From positions 269-64,268 of the forward strand of contig CAYFST010000001.1 in the NCBI GenBank assembly GCA_964345995.1: a stretch of DNA of 64,000 nucleotides. The letters run 5' to 3'. Made by a program: the position numbers and the translations under genes. The notes beneath the pieces are model-generated. The model was not told where the DNA came from and searched no databases. It saw only the letters and a program-made list of their open reading frames with translations. This DNA is from an uncultured Gammaproteobacteria bacterium (GTDB lineage Bacteria > Patescibacteriota > Patescibacteriia > 2-12-FULL-60-25). Position 1 is the stretch's first letter. Each line of letters opens with the position of its first letter. This document shows positions 1-9,292 of this stretch, one piece after another.

Positions 1-478
1 AGATTTCCACTGTTTGGGTTTTGGTTTCAAGCGCAACAGGCACAATTATTTGCGGGGCATCATCAGTCGCTTTAATAACCAATTGCCCCTTTTGAGATGA
101 GGGTAAATTAGCGTACCAATAATATTTGTCAATATTAGAATCGGAAGATAGTAAACCGGGTATTATACCTGAAGCAAGCAACTTGTCGTTTGTATCTTCA
201 AGAATCCAAGCGCGATCTTGCATGAATGTTGAAGTGGCGTGCATGGTAAAAGGGTTGGAAAGAAAATCCCCCGCTGAATATGGTAATTGCAAGGTGCTGG
301 TTGTATTTTGTGTTTGCTCGGTTTTTTTGTCGATAATGGGATTTTTTTCTTGTGGTAGATCGGTTTGTTGCCTTGAAACAGATTTCTGATTACCAAGAAA
401 AATAATCGTCCAGACTGACGCTGCTATAATAAGGATCAAAAGTGTTAATCCCGCGGTATGCTTAATGGCAGGATTCAT
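1..478 (-). CDS. hypothetical membrane-anchored protein, C-terminus cut by the window edge
   Basis: Absent from the ORF track because there is no stop in the window. Reverse-strand ATG at 476-478 opens a frame that I hand-translated to position 1 without stops (MNPAIKHTAGLTLLILIIAASVWTIIFLGNQ...). One N-terminal hydrophobic helix; no family recognised. Confidence 0.45.
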   Translation of the reverse strand, partial: MNPAIKHTAGLTLLILIIAASVWTIIFLGNQKSVSRQQTDLPQEKNPIIDKKTEQTQNTTSTLQLPYSAGDFLSNPFTMHATSTFMQDRAWILEDTNDKLLASGIIPGLLSSDSNIDKYYWYANLPSSQKGQLVIKATDDAPQIIVPVALETKTQTVEI

Positions 479-504
479 AATTAATAAATCATTCAAACAT
501 TGAT

Positions 505-1398
505 TTATGATTTATCAGGAAGCGCGATTATCATCAGCTTATCGCCTTGGGTAACATTGCCATCATTCCAGTCGTGCGCTGATTCCAATATATTTTCGAA
601 TGTGTAAATAAAATCTTGACCGAGGCGTGTACCCGGGTCGCCGGTGATAAATTTACCATCTGCAGTATAACCTTTTATGACCATCATATGATATAGCGGG
701 CCGCCGTTTCTAAAATTGGGATTTTCCAGCTCTTTGCCGGAAAAAGGAACGATTACCGGATAACCGCGCGCCAGCACGGCTTGGATATCTTTCGCTTGAT
801 TGAGCGGGAATACCCGGACATCTTCATAGCCATAGTAATCACGCATGAGCTGTGCTGTTTCCTCGGCGGTGGTGTCTTTGTAATAACCCAGATTTTCATT
901 TTGATAATCAACAATCTTTTTAATTTCCGCGTCGGCTTCATCGACAGGAATTTTACCCGCGCGCCCCTCATAAAACGCGTCGACCATGATTATAGAAGCT
1001 TCTTCACATGCTTCTTGGTAAGGCATGTCCCAGTTGGCATGCGGAGCTTGGCTCAGCCAGGGAACATCCAAATTAAGCTCGGTGGGAATCTCCACATCGC
1101 CCGCGAGAGGATCGGTAGGTGCGGGCTTTTTATGCGGTTCGGCGTTTTGCGGGCTGGATTCGAGTTTGAAGTTTTCGCTTTCCGAAACTCCACCTTCTAT
1201 ATGCGACGGCGGGCCTTCGGGAATATCCGCATTTACGACATTATCATCTTGCGGTTGTTTTTCTTGATGTGCTGTCGGTGATGGCAAATCCGGCTTGTTC
1301 ATAAGAAACCATTGATCACGCAACCAATGACGTCCAAAGTACAGTGTGGCTAAAAAAAGGATAACGATACCTAAAATAACAGCAATTTTTTTATTCAT
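505..1398 (-). CDS. secreted/membrane-anchored peptidase C39-like (papain-fold) domain protein
   Basis: N-terminal TM (KKIAVILGIVILFLATLYF). C-terminal domain has a Cys context WLSQAP..W..PYQEACEEASIIM and a His context YHMMVIKGY, typical of Peptidase_C39_2-like proteins. Start moved to the ATG at 1396-1398; the upstream terminator hairpin argues against 1437. Confidence 0.6.
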   Translation of the reverse strand: MNKKIAVILGIVILFLATLYFGRHWLRDQWFLMNKPDLPSPTAHQEKQPQDDNVVNADIPEGPPSHIEGGVSESENFKLESSPQNAEPHKKPAPTDPLAGDVEIPTELNLDVPWLSQAPHANWDMPYQEACEEASIIMVDAFYEGRAGKIPVDEADAEIKKIVDYQNENLGYYKDTTAEETAQLMRDYYGYEDVRVFPLNQAKDIQAVLARGYPVIVPFSGKELENPNFRNGGPLYHMMVIKGYTADGKFITGDPGTRLGQDFIYTFENILESAHDWNDGNVTQGDKLMIIALPDKS

Positions 1399-1435
1399 AT
1401 TAGTATAAATAATAACAAAAGCGGTGCTTATTATC

Positions 1436-1461
1436 AAGAAAAGACGCTGTATCGGCGTCTT
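1436..1461 (-). terminator. intrinsic terminator-like hairpin after the PPIase gene
   Basis: AAGACGC (1441-1447) pairs with GCGTCTT (1455-1461) around a 7-nt loop. On the minus strand it is followed by TTCTTG. Confidence 0.45.
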
Positions 1462-1492
1462 TCATTATGCATTATTGATTAGGAGTTATGCC

Positions 1493-2275
1493 TTATTTTA
1501 AAGATTCGACGATAACCGAAGTCATAACATCACCAACTTTTATTTGTTTTACCACATCCATGCCGGATATAACACGGCCGAAGATGCTGTATTTGGGCGG
1601 AAGAGGATTATCGGCCAACATTATAAAAAATTGCGAGCCATTGGTATTGGGGCCGGCATTGGCCATGGCGACTATGCCTTCGTTATATGGAAGACTGACC
1701 GTGTCGTCTTCGAATTTATAACCGGGGCCACCCGTGCCATCGCCCTGCGGATCGCCGCCTTGAATGACAAAGCCGGGTTCCACACGATGAAAGATGAGGT
1801 CGTTGTAGAAACCGCGTTCAGTTAGATAAATGAAGTTGGAAGCGGCCTTGGGACCTTCTTTGCCAAGGATCTCAAATACGATATCGCCTTTTTCGGTTTT
1901 AATACGTATTTGCTTGTTGGCGAGATTTGCTTCGGACAAGGCTCCCGGGAAAGCCAGTGTTTCGGGTTGAATTGGTTCGGGCATAGGTTCTTCTTTAGGT
2001 GGATTAGTTGGTTTTTGAGACTGTTCGGCCGCAGGCTCCGGTTCGGCCGGCGGAGTTGAGGTGACCGGATCTTGAGACTGAGCTTGCTGCGGAGTTTCGG
2101 CGGGCTGAGTTTGAGTTAAAGCTTGCTCATCTACGGCCGTGGGTTGGGGTTGCTCAGTTGTAGTTTCGGGCATTTGATATTTATCCAGCGAGACCGGGGA
2201 ATCGGTCGCATCACAACCAAAGCCCGCAATCACAATAAAGATTGATAGTATAAAAAGTCTTTTATTTACATGCAT
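1493..2275 (-). CDS. cyclophilin-type peptidyl-prolyl cis-trans isomerase, lipoprotein-like, with Pro/Gln/Glu-rich linker
   Basis: Core motifs FHRVEPGFVIQGGDPQGDGTGGPGY and NGSQFFI. N-terminal signal with a lipobox-like IAGFGC. Confidence 0.9.
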   Translation of the reverse strand: MHVNKRLFILSIFIVIAGFGCDATDSPVSLDKYQMPETTTEQPQPTAVDEQALTQTQPAETPQQAQSQDPVTSTPPAEPEPAAEQSQKPTNPPKEEPMPEPIQPETLAFPGALSEANLANKQIRIKTEKGDIVFEILGKEGPKAASNFIYLTERGFYNDLIFHRVEPGFVIQGGDPQGDGTGGPGYKFEDDTVSLPYNEGIVAMANAGPNTNGSQFFIMLADNPLPPKYSIFGRVISGMDVVKQIKVGDVMTSVIVESLK

Positions 2276-2333
2276 AGTGGCTTAATCTTATCGCTAACAA
2301 CTGTGAATGCGAAGTGGAAAACTTCTTCACATA

Positions 2334-3329
2334 TCAAACTTCCCAAGGCAAACTTTGATGGCCGGCTATACCATACTTGGCAACCAGCGACATGAGGTCG
2401 CTTTGCTTCCAGTTATCCATGGTTTTTTGCAGGTGAAACTCAGTATCCGTGCTTTGTGAGCTTAGGTCGCGACCGATCTCATCGCGAATCCAAATTTGCG
2501 CGGGCTCGTCTTCGCCGGGAAGATAAAGTAAACGCGTCATAACTGCTTTGGAGCCGGATTTTTGTAAAACGGTTTTAGCCAGATAGCGTGCCGTTATCGG
2601 TGCCGCGACTTGCGCTTTATGCCAATCGACTCCGCACGGATTAGCGACCGAAGGTAAGATTAAACCGTAAGGACGCAAACAAATACCCGAACGCCCGATT
2701 GCGGTTTTTATATTATGGCAATCCATGGCTCCCAGAGGGTTTATTTCCAATTTATATTCTTGCCGAATGTTAAGTTTTTCAACAACTTTAGAAATCTCTT
2801 GGCGAACCGTACCCAAATCTTGTGCTCCATGATCGAGCCTGATTATAATTTTATAGCCATTCGCATCACGGATAACGCTCACTTGACCCACCCGGCTCAT
2901 CCAGAACCAATTAGTGTCTTGCTCGCGCTTTTCTTCCAGGGATTGCGCGACTAGGTTCGCCAAATGCTGAACCATAGGCAGGGCGGATTCGCTTTCGGTT
3001 GTAGCATAACCGCAGACCATAACAGGATCCACATTGGCTTGTTTTGCATGCATTAAGCGTTCGCTGGGGATTTTTTCCAAAGCTATAAAGGGTTCCAAGC
3101 CTTCCGCGATTCCATAGTGGCCTATGATGCGCCGTACGCTTGCGGAAACATCAAAATCAGACGCTGACTGAAGTTCACCGGCAATAAATAATGCGCCATG
3201 GCCGCCCGAAACCGAAATATCCAACCTGCTGTCCGGATCCCGCTTTTGGTATTCATCAACAATGCCGGCGGCAATGATATCGCAAAGTTTGTTTGGATTA
3301 GCTAAAAAGTGACAATAACCGCTTTGCAT
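2334..3329 (-). CDS. MetK-fold (S-adenosylmethionine synthetase-like) protein with substituted catalytic motifs
   Basis: Collinear with MetK landmarks recalled from E. coli. ANPNKLCDIIAAGIVD matches GHPDKIADQISDAVLD, VMVCGYATTES matches LMFGYATNET, TARYLAKTVL matches AARYVAKNIV, and the C-terminal YGIAGHQSLPWE matches YGHFGREHFPWE. The HPD and GAGDQG motifs are not conserved. The ORF-track start at 3335 is TTG; ATG lies at 3327-3329. Confidence 0.55.
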   Translation of the reverse strand: MQSGYCHFLANPNKLCDIIAAGIVDEYQKRDPDSRLDISVSGGHGALFIAGELQSASDFDVSASVRRIIGHYGIAEGLEPFIALEKIPSERLMHAKQANVDPVMVCGYATTESESALPMVQHLANLVAQSLEEKREQDTNWFWMSRVGQVSVIRDANGYKIIIRLDHGAQDLGTVRQEISKVVEKLNIRQEYKLEINPLGAMDCHNIKTAIGRSGICLRPYGLILPSVANPCGVDWHKAQVAAPITARYLAKTVLQKSGSKAVMTRLLYLPGEDEPAQIWIRDEIGRDLSSQSTDTEFHLQKTMDNWKQSDLMSLVAKYGIAGHQSLPWEV

Positions 3330-3495
3330 GCGCAAAGATTAGCGAACCAAATTGACTGCGTCAAATACGGTCTAAACCAGAGATTAAGATTGATTTCAAG
3401 ATTCCACAACCGCTTTTCTAATAAGAATATTTTATTACTGCGGTAATTAAGCTTAATTAGCTTTATCATTCGTTTGCTAATTAAGATTCGGAGAG

Positions 3496-5646
3496 CTATA
3501 AATCATCCACATCTCGTAAAAATGAAATCTTGGGAGTGTCTTTTTTGGGTTTGGACGATTTCCAAACAGAAGTAACTTTAACGTTTTCCGCTTTGTAGCT
3601 TTTACCTTTGTGGCGGTTACCAAAGCGGTCGAGTTCGATTGTGGGTTCGTCCCAGGAATCCGACCATTCGTCTCCCCAATATTGATTATCATCTTTCCGG
3701 GATAATACGCCGTTTGAAACTGACGTGAAGCGAGCAAGTTGTTCATTTTCCAGAAGATAACCGGGCAGTTCTTCCAAAAACATGGAGGGGCGACAAAAAC
3801 TCATAGTATCATAACCCATGACTTGCGGATAACTGAGGAATAGTTTGTTGCGGGCGCGCGTTGCCGCGACGTAGAACAGGCGACGTTCTTCTTCTATGGC
3901 TCCGTCTTCTTCAAGAGCGCGCGGTGAGGGGAAGCCGGTATTGGTTAGGTGCAAAATAAAAACAGTATCCCATTCCAGGCCTTTTGCTTGATGGATAGTG
4001 GAGAGAACCAATCGCTCATCATTATTACCGCTACCTTTTTCACGGCGGAAAGAAGCGTCATCCAAAGTGACGTCCGCGAGAAATGATGGCGTGTCCGGGT
4101 AAGCATCGGCAAAGACGGCAAGCTGTTCCAAATCTTCCAACCTATCGCGCCAATCCGGATATTCGGCTTCCAAATGATTTTTGTAATTTTCCGAATTAGC
4201 CACGGCACGAACCATTTGGCCGGGCTTGGAATCGCCCATGGCGATTAGGATGGATTGGGCGGATAACCAGCCGCTTTGGCCGCGTGGCGGGATAATGAGT
4301 TCAGTTGTGAGCGGTTGTAGGTCTTTGACGGCAGATTCGCGGACTTGTTCCAATATTACTGAAGCCGTGGCCGCGCCTATGCCGGTTTGCATGTTTAAGA
4401 CTCTAAGCCAGGCTGGCTCATCTTTGCCATTAACTTGTAGGCGCATGTAGGAAAGGACGTCTTTAACGTGAGCTCTTTCGAAAAACTTTAAGCCTCCGCG
4501 ATATTCAAAGGGCACATCGCGCTTCATAAGTTCAAACTCAAGAGCTTGAGAGTGCGATGAAGCGCGGAAGAGCACGGCCATGTTGGCCAGCGCTACGCCT
4601 TCGGATCGAAGCGTAAGAATTTTGTCGGCCAGATAGTTGGCCTCTTGGCGCGCAGACGGGCAAGCCGTAACCCTGGGCTTGATGCCGGGATCTTTCAAGC
4701 CAATTAAGTTTTTTTCAAATTGGTTTTGATTATAACTAAGCGAAGCATTGGCAAGATCTAAGATTTGCGGAGTTGACCGATAGTTTGATTCCAGTTTAAA
4801 TATTTTGGCACCGGGCCAAATATCCGGAAAAGATAAAATGTTTTTTACATCCGCACCGCGAAAAGCATAAATCGATTGCGCGTCATCGCCAACCACAAAA
4901 ACGTTTTTATGCTCTTGGCCGAGTTTTGAGATTATGCGAGCTTGGAGTGCGTTGGTGTCTTGATATTCATCGACGAGGACATAGCGAAAACGCGAGCTTA
5001 TTTGGCTTGCGATGGCCGGCTGGGTTTGCATTAGCTTAAGCCAATTCCAAAGCAGATCGTCGAAATCCATTGCATTGGCACCTTGTTTGCGCTTTTGGTA
5101 TTCATTGCAAACCCATTCCATATCATTTACACAATCAATAAAATTGGGGTGCTTTATTTCCAACGTTTCTTTCATCGTGCTTCCGGTATTGCGCGAGAAT
5201 GAATAGACGTTTTTAAGCACGGCCGGCGATGGGAAGCGGCGAGCTTTGGGATCGATCTTAGCATCTTTTAACACGGCTTTCATGAGAGCCTTGGCATCTT
5301 CTTCATCGAGTATGGAAAACCCGGTTGTGTAACCCACGGCCGGCGCGAACGACCTTAGCAAGCGATTGGCGACAGCATGGAAGGTCCCGCCCCAAACGCC
5401 TTTGGCCTCCGGGCCGACGAGGAGGGATATGCGGTCGAGCATTTCGCGTGCGGCTTTATTGGTGAAAGTAAGTAAGAGGATTGAGTTGGGTTCGACACCT
5501 TGTTCCAAAAGATAAGCTACGCGATAAGTGACAGTGCGGGTCTTGCCGGAGCCGGCGCCGGCCAAAACCAAACAAGGCCCGTCGCCATGCAGGACCGCGT
5601 CCAATTGCTCTTGATTCAATTCACTTGAAAAATCGATGTTCTTCAT
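3496..5646 (-). CDS. uvrD: UvrD/PcrA/Rep-family ATP-dependent DNA helicase
   Basis: Walker A GAGSGKTRT, motif II DEYQDT, VGDDAQSIYAFRGA, TIHQAKGLEWD, YVAATRAR. Confidence 0.92.
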   Translation of the reverse strand: MKNIDFSSELNQEQLDAVLHGDGPCLVLAGAGSGKTRTVTYRVAYLLEQGVEPNSILLLTFTNKAAREMLDRISLLVGPEAKGVWGGTFHAVANRLLRSFAPAVGYTTGFSILDEEDAKALMKAVLKDAKIDPKARRFPSPAVLKNVYSFSRNTGSTMKETLEIKHPNFIDCVNDMEWVCNEYQKRKQGANAMDFDDLLWNWLKLMQTQPAIASQISSRFRYVLVDEYQDTNALQARIISKLGQEHKNVFVVGDDAQSIYAFRGADVKNILSFPDIWPGAKIFKLESNYRSTPQILDLANASLSYNQNQFEKNLIGLKDPGIKPRVTACPSARQEANYLADKILTLRSEGVALANMAVLFRASSHSQALEFELMKRDVPFEYRGGLKFFERAHVKDVLSYMRLQVNGKDEPAWLRVLNMQTGIGAATASVILEQVRESAVKDLQPLTTELIIPPRGQSGWLSAQSILIAMGDSKPGQMVRAVANSENYKNHLEAEYPDWRDRLEDLEQLAVFADAYPDTPSFLADVTLDDASFRREKGSGNNDERLVLSTIHQAKGLEWDTVFILHLTNTGFPSPRALEEDGAIEEERRLFYVAATRARNKLFLSYPQVMGYDTMSFCRPSMFLEELPGYLLENEQLARFTSVSNGVLSRKDDNQYWGDEWSDSWDEPTIELDRFGNRHKGKSYKAENVKVTSVWKSSKPKKDTPKISFLRDVDDL

Positions 5647-5647
5647 A

Positions 5648-5725
5648 AGCGTCGAGCGTCCGATGTCTAATGTCTAGCGCCGCAGTACTGTGACTTTTGA
5701 CGTTTGACATGCGACATTTGACGAA
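5648..5725. repeat. cluster of short tandem direct repeats in the helicase upstream region
   Basis: AGCGTCG/AGCGTCC at 5648-5661. (G)ATGTCTA x2 at 5662-5676. TTTGAC x3 at 5696, 5703 and 5717. Confidence 0.6.
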
Positions 5726-5821
5726 GTGGTTGATAGAGCATATCAAGCCGGATATTTTTGAACAAACTTACTACCACATTGCCCCGCGAATATACGATCT
5801 GTAAAAAATTGACAATAATCG

Positions 5822-6568
5822 TTATGGTTTGCGTGTACTTTCAGTCAGCAGTTTAGATTCCCCCTCTTTGAGATCGCCGAGTTTGACTTTGCCGATTCGG
5901 GTACGGATGAGATCCGTGACTTTGAGCCCCAAGGACGCGAACATGCGGCGGAGTTGTCGTTTTTTACCTTCGGTGAGAGTGATACGGAATTTATTATTGC
6001 CAAGATAGGTTACCTTTTTGGCGATGAGGAAATCGCCGTCGTCCATGATGCCTTTGGTAAGGCAAGATGATACATCTTTGTAATAATCTTCCTCCACCTC
6101 CCCCTTTTTCAGAGGGGTTTTTACAGTTACTTCATAAACTTTTTCGTGGTGATAGCGGGGGTGAGTCATTTTTTGGGCGTAGTCGCCGTCATTTGTGAGG
6201 ATGACTAAACCGTGGCTGTTTTTATCTAAACGGCCAACGATAAAAAGACGTTCATCGACGTTTACCAGGTCGAAAATATTTTTTTCTCCTTTGAAACGAC
6301 GGCTGGTGCAGGTATAGCCTTTGGGCTTGTTTAGAGCAATGTAGATTTTTTTTAATTGACGCTTGAGAGGTTTGCTGTCGATTGTAATTTGATCACTGCT
6401 TGCGACAGGTTGGCCCGGCTCCGCGGCTTTGTTATTGACTTTAACCTTGCCTGCTGCAATTAATTCCTCGGCTTTACGACGTGAACAATAGCCGGATTCG
6501 GCGATGACTTTTTGTAATCTCGCTCGACCTAAAGCGTGGGACGAGGAACGTGGAACGTTATTCTCCAT
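5822..6568 (-). CDS. rluB: pseudouridine synthase, RsuA/RluB family
   Basis: S4 domain (RLQKVIAESGYCSRRKAEELI) and catalytic GRLDKNSHGLVILTNDG. Overlaps mltG by 11 nt. Confidence 0.88.
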   Translation of the reverse strand: MENNVPRSSSHALGRARLQKVIAESGYCSRRKAEELIAAGKVKVNNKAAEPGQPVASSDQITIDSKPLKRQLKKIYIALNKPKGYTCTSRRFKGEKNIFDLVNVDERLFIVGRLDKNSHGLVILTNDGDYAQKMTHPRYHHEKVYEVTVKTPLKKGEVEEDYYKDVSSCLTKGIMDDGDFLIAKKVTYLGNNKFRITLTEGKKRQLRRMFASLGLKVTDLIRTRIGKVKLGDLKEGESKLLTESTRKP

Positions 6569-7580
6569 ATGCTTTCCAACGGTTTAACTTATGTTCCTCG
6601 GCATTTTTGGCGTAGTAAATATTCCCGTCTTGGTCGTGAAGATAGAAATAATAATCATTATCCGCGGGATTTAACGCGGCATCCAGCGCATCTTTGCCGG
6701 GGTTGCAGATTGGCCCGGGGGGTAACCCTTCATTGCGATAAGTATTATACGGCGATTGAATTTCGAGTTCATCTAAAGTGGGCCTGGGGTTATTGGCACC
6801 GGTGACGTAGTTGACCGTGGCATCGGATTGCAGGCGCATGCCTATTTTTAGCCGATTTAAAAAGATACGAGCTATATTACGACGCTCTTTCGAATTACGA
6901 CCTTCTTTTTCCACGATGGATGCGAGAGTGACAACTTCGTGCAATGTCCGACCTTGACTTGTGGCCGTCGCCGCGAAACCTTCGGTCCGGCTTTCAAATT
7001 CATTCAATTGCTTAAGCGCGATACCAAGCGGAAGCTGATCCTTCCAAACTCGATATGTATTGGGAAAAAGATAGCCCTCTAAAGACGTGTCTTCGGGAAG
7101 TTTGGCCAAAAAATCGAATCGTTCTTTTAAACCCTCGGCAAATGATTGACCCTCGCGCGTGTCACCGACTAAATCTTGCACGGATGTGGCGGAGACTCCT
7201 TGCAAAATAAGTTGAGATTGCCAATCATCAAGAGTTTGCCCTTCGATGAATTGTATGGTGATTTCATCACGCTTGGGGCCGCGGGAGAGCTGACGCGCGA
7301 TTTGCTGATACGAACTTCCGGGTGCCAAATCATACTCTCCGGGTATCATGTTCACAACCGATTGATTGAATAGGGCAAAAATCTGATAGCCATAGGCGGA
7401 AGTAATAACGCCTTTTTGTTGTAATAGTAATGCTATATCGGAAACTGAACTGTCGGCGGGTACATTGAATAAAATGGTGGATTCGGCGGGTGAGCCGATA
7501 TAAGCCGAAGGAAAAAACCAAGCCAAAAAAATGCCACTAACCAGCAATAAAATGCCTAAAATAAACAGAAATTTACGCAT
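6558..7580 (-). CDS. mltG: endolytic murein transglycosylase MltG (YceG-like)
   Basis: N-terminal TM, then YLFPNTYRV, ASIVEKE, LQSDATVNY and SPYNTYRNEGLPPGPICNPG. ATG at 7578-7580. Confidence 0.9.
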   Translation of the reverse strand: MRKFLFILGILLLVSGIFLAWFFPSAYIGSPAESTILFNVPADSSVSDIALLLQQKGVITSAYGYQIFALFNQSVVNMIPGEYDLAPGSSYQQIARQLSRGPKRDEITIQFIEGQTLDDWQSQLILQGVSATSVQDLVGDTREGQSFAEGLKERFDFLAKLPEDTSLEGYLFPNTYRVWKDQLPLGIALKQLNEFESRTEGFAATATSQGRTLHEVVTLASIVEKEGRNSKERRNIARIFLNRLKIGMRLQSDATVNYVTGANNPRPTLDELEIQSPYNTYRNEGLPPGPICNPGKDALDAALNPADNDYYFYLHDQDGNIYYAKNAEEHKLNRWKAYGE

Positions 7581-7621
7581 AAACTTATTATATTTACCGC
7601 AATGTACCACGCGGTTGATGA

Positions 7622-8143
7622 TTATTTGATGGGTTTGCGCAGAGCTTTGTGACCCAGGCGAACCAAAACGAATGATAGCAGACCCAGAACCGCACCGCCA
7701 AGTATGTCGGTTGGATAATGAACGCCTGCGGCGACACGGCCGATTATGATGCCGATGACAATTAAGGTGCCGATACGGCCGGCTGTTTTGTTAGTAAAGT
7801 ATAAAGCCGCCAAAATGGCAACAGAACAGGCCGTGTGCGCGGATGGAAACGAAGTGGTTAAAGGTGAAGGAATAAGTGTTATAACTTGTTCGATAGCTAA
7901 AAAAGGCCGTTCTCTCAGAAAGAGCATGGCGATTAACTCTGATGATAGGACCGCGATACCCGCCGACCAAAGAGCTTCTTTTACGCTGTGCTTTTCATTT
8001 TTTGATCCATGCGCCCAAAGCCAAGCTAAAACCGGTAAAAATAAAAAAATCCAAACACGCGCCAAAGCGATGGTGATCCATTCGCCGACTTCGGAGGCTA
8101 AAAAAATACTTTGCAGCAAAATAACTACTTCCGCATCGATCAT
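7622..8143 (-). CDS. PAP2-family membrane phosphatase (undecaprenyl-diphosphatase BcrC-like)
   Basis: Polytopic protein with the acid-phosphatase motifs LRERPF, PSAHTA and HYPTDILGG. Confidence 0.8.
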   Translation of the reverse strand: MIDAEVVILLQSIFLASEVGEWITIALARVWIFLFLPVLAWLWAHGSKNEKHSVKEALWSAGIAVLSSELIAMLFLRERPFLAIEQVITLIPSPLTTSFPSAHTACSVAILAALYFTNKTAGRIGTLIVIGIIIGRVAAGVHYPTDILGGAVLGLLSFVLVRLGHKALRKPIK

Positions 8144-8201
8144 GAAGTGTATTATAGCACGATAAATAAAATATGTTTGCTAATAATGATCTTTAAAAAA
8201 A

Positions 8202-9281
8202 TTAGATCTGTTTGATTTTATCTACCATGTCACTTGCGCCGACTTTTTGATAATAATCTGCCAGTTCTGCGGTTAAACTATCTTTAAGTTGAGAATCTTC
8301 TAAGAGCTTAATTAATTGAGCTACGTATTTTGACACCTCTTCTTTAAGATTGGGGAATTCTATTATCAGTTCATTGATTTTAGCATTAACTGCATCAAAC
8401 ATTGCCTTTTTTGAAGCTCTTGCAGCTAGCATGTCTGAGTTATGTGCATAGAATAAATATGTTCCTATTTTTTTAACCAGAGCTTTCTCCAAAGCTTTTT
8501 TAAATTCTTCACTTTCCGGATCTTTATGTTTTTTAAGAATCTTTTTTCTTTGTACCTGATCACAATCTCCAACATTATCCAATTTATCGATAGGAACCAC
8601 AATCTGCATTAATTTTGAAGAGCGCATCATTATTCCAAAGCAGAGAGTCTCTAGATCTTTTCTACTATAACCTGTTTGTTCGCTTAATCGATCATAATCG
8701 ACATAGGAATCAAAATCTGGATTTTCGATTTTTCCATCTTCTTGGTAATTTGGTTCTGTTAGCATTATCAATTCCTCAATGTCAGATGAAGCTAGATTTG
8801 GCAGAAACTGCTTAAAAGCAGTGATCGCATGACCTGAAATACCTTCCCCTTCTTCAATATAGTCATGAAGTAAAGCACCGATAAGGCCCATTTTTCTATC
8901 TTGGGGATTTTCCGGAGGATGTTTAAGTAACTGAAAAGCGGCCATCTGTGGATGAAGATAATATCGTGAGCCATCCTTACGTATCTTGTTTTTTTCAATC
9001 ATCTTTTGGATATTCATTAAAAATGCCATTTGAACATCAAAATCCTCTGCGAGTTCTGGACTTAAATATTTACCATAGCATTGCTCTAAGGCGGAGGCGA
9101 TTTGCGCGGCATGATTCCGTAAATACTCTTGTAATTCCTCTGGACTTATACTAACGTCCTCTGCAAAACCAAGTTCATTTGCCAGTTGAGCTGACTTGAT
9201 ATTAAGATTTTGTTTTATTTGATCCTTGTTTGGAGCCTCATGTTCTTTTATTGGCTCTCGAAAGGGATTTTCTTTGGTCAT
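8202..9281 (-). CDS. HD-domain protein, SpoT/RelA-type hydrolase-like N-terminal half plus helical extension
   Basis: RYYLHPQMAAFQLL...LIGALLHDYIEEGE matches the Y..HP..VA.IL....AALLHD.IED pattern of (p)ppGpp hydrolase HD domains. No synthetase domain is present. Confidence 0.5.
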   Translation of the reverse strand: MTKENPFREPIKEHEAPNKDQIKQNLNIKSAQLANELGFAEDVSISPEELQEYLRNHAAQIASALEQCYGKYLSPELAEDFDVQMAFLMNIQKMIEKNKIRKDGSRYYLHPQMAAFQLLKHPPENPQDRKMGLIGALLHDYIEEGEGISGHAITAFKQFLPNLASSDIEELIMLTEPNYQEDGKIENPDFDSYVDYDRLSEQTGYSRKDLETLCFGIMMRSSKLMQIVVPIDKLDNVGDCDQVQRKKILKKHKDPESEEFKKALEKALVKKIGTYLFYAHNSDMLAARASKKAMFDAVNAKINELIIEFPNLKEEVSKYVAQLIKLLEDSQLKDSLTAELADYYQKVGASDMVDKIKQI

Positions 9282-9292
9282 AAAAAATAAAG

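Noticed and set aside
126-396. The two listed ORFs at the left edge (126-389 plus, 163-396 minus).
   Set aside because: A longer minus-strand frame (1-478) with an ATG and a TM helix covers the region. It was missed by the track only because its stop lies outside the window.
5686-5705. TACTGT...ACGT upstream of the helicase, resembling an E. coli-type SOS box (CTGT-N8-ACAG).
   Set aside because: The right half-site is ACGT rather than ACAG, and the box type is not expected for this lineage.
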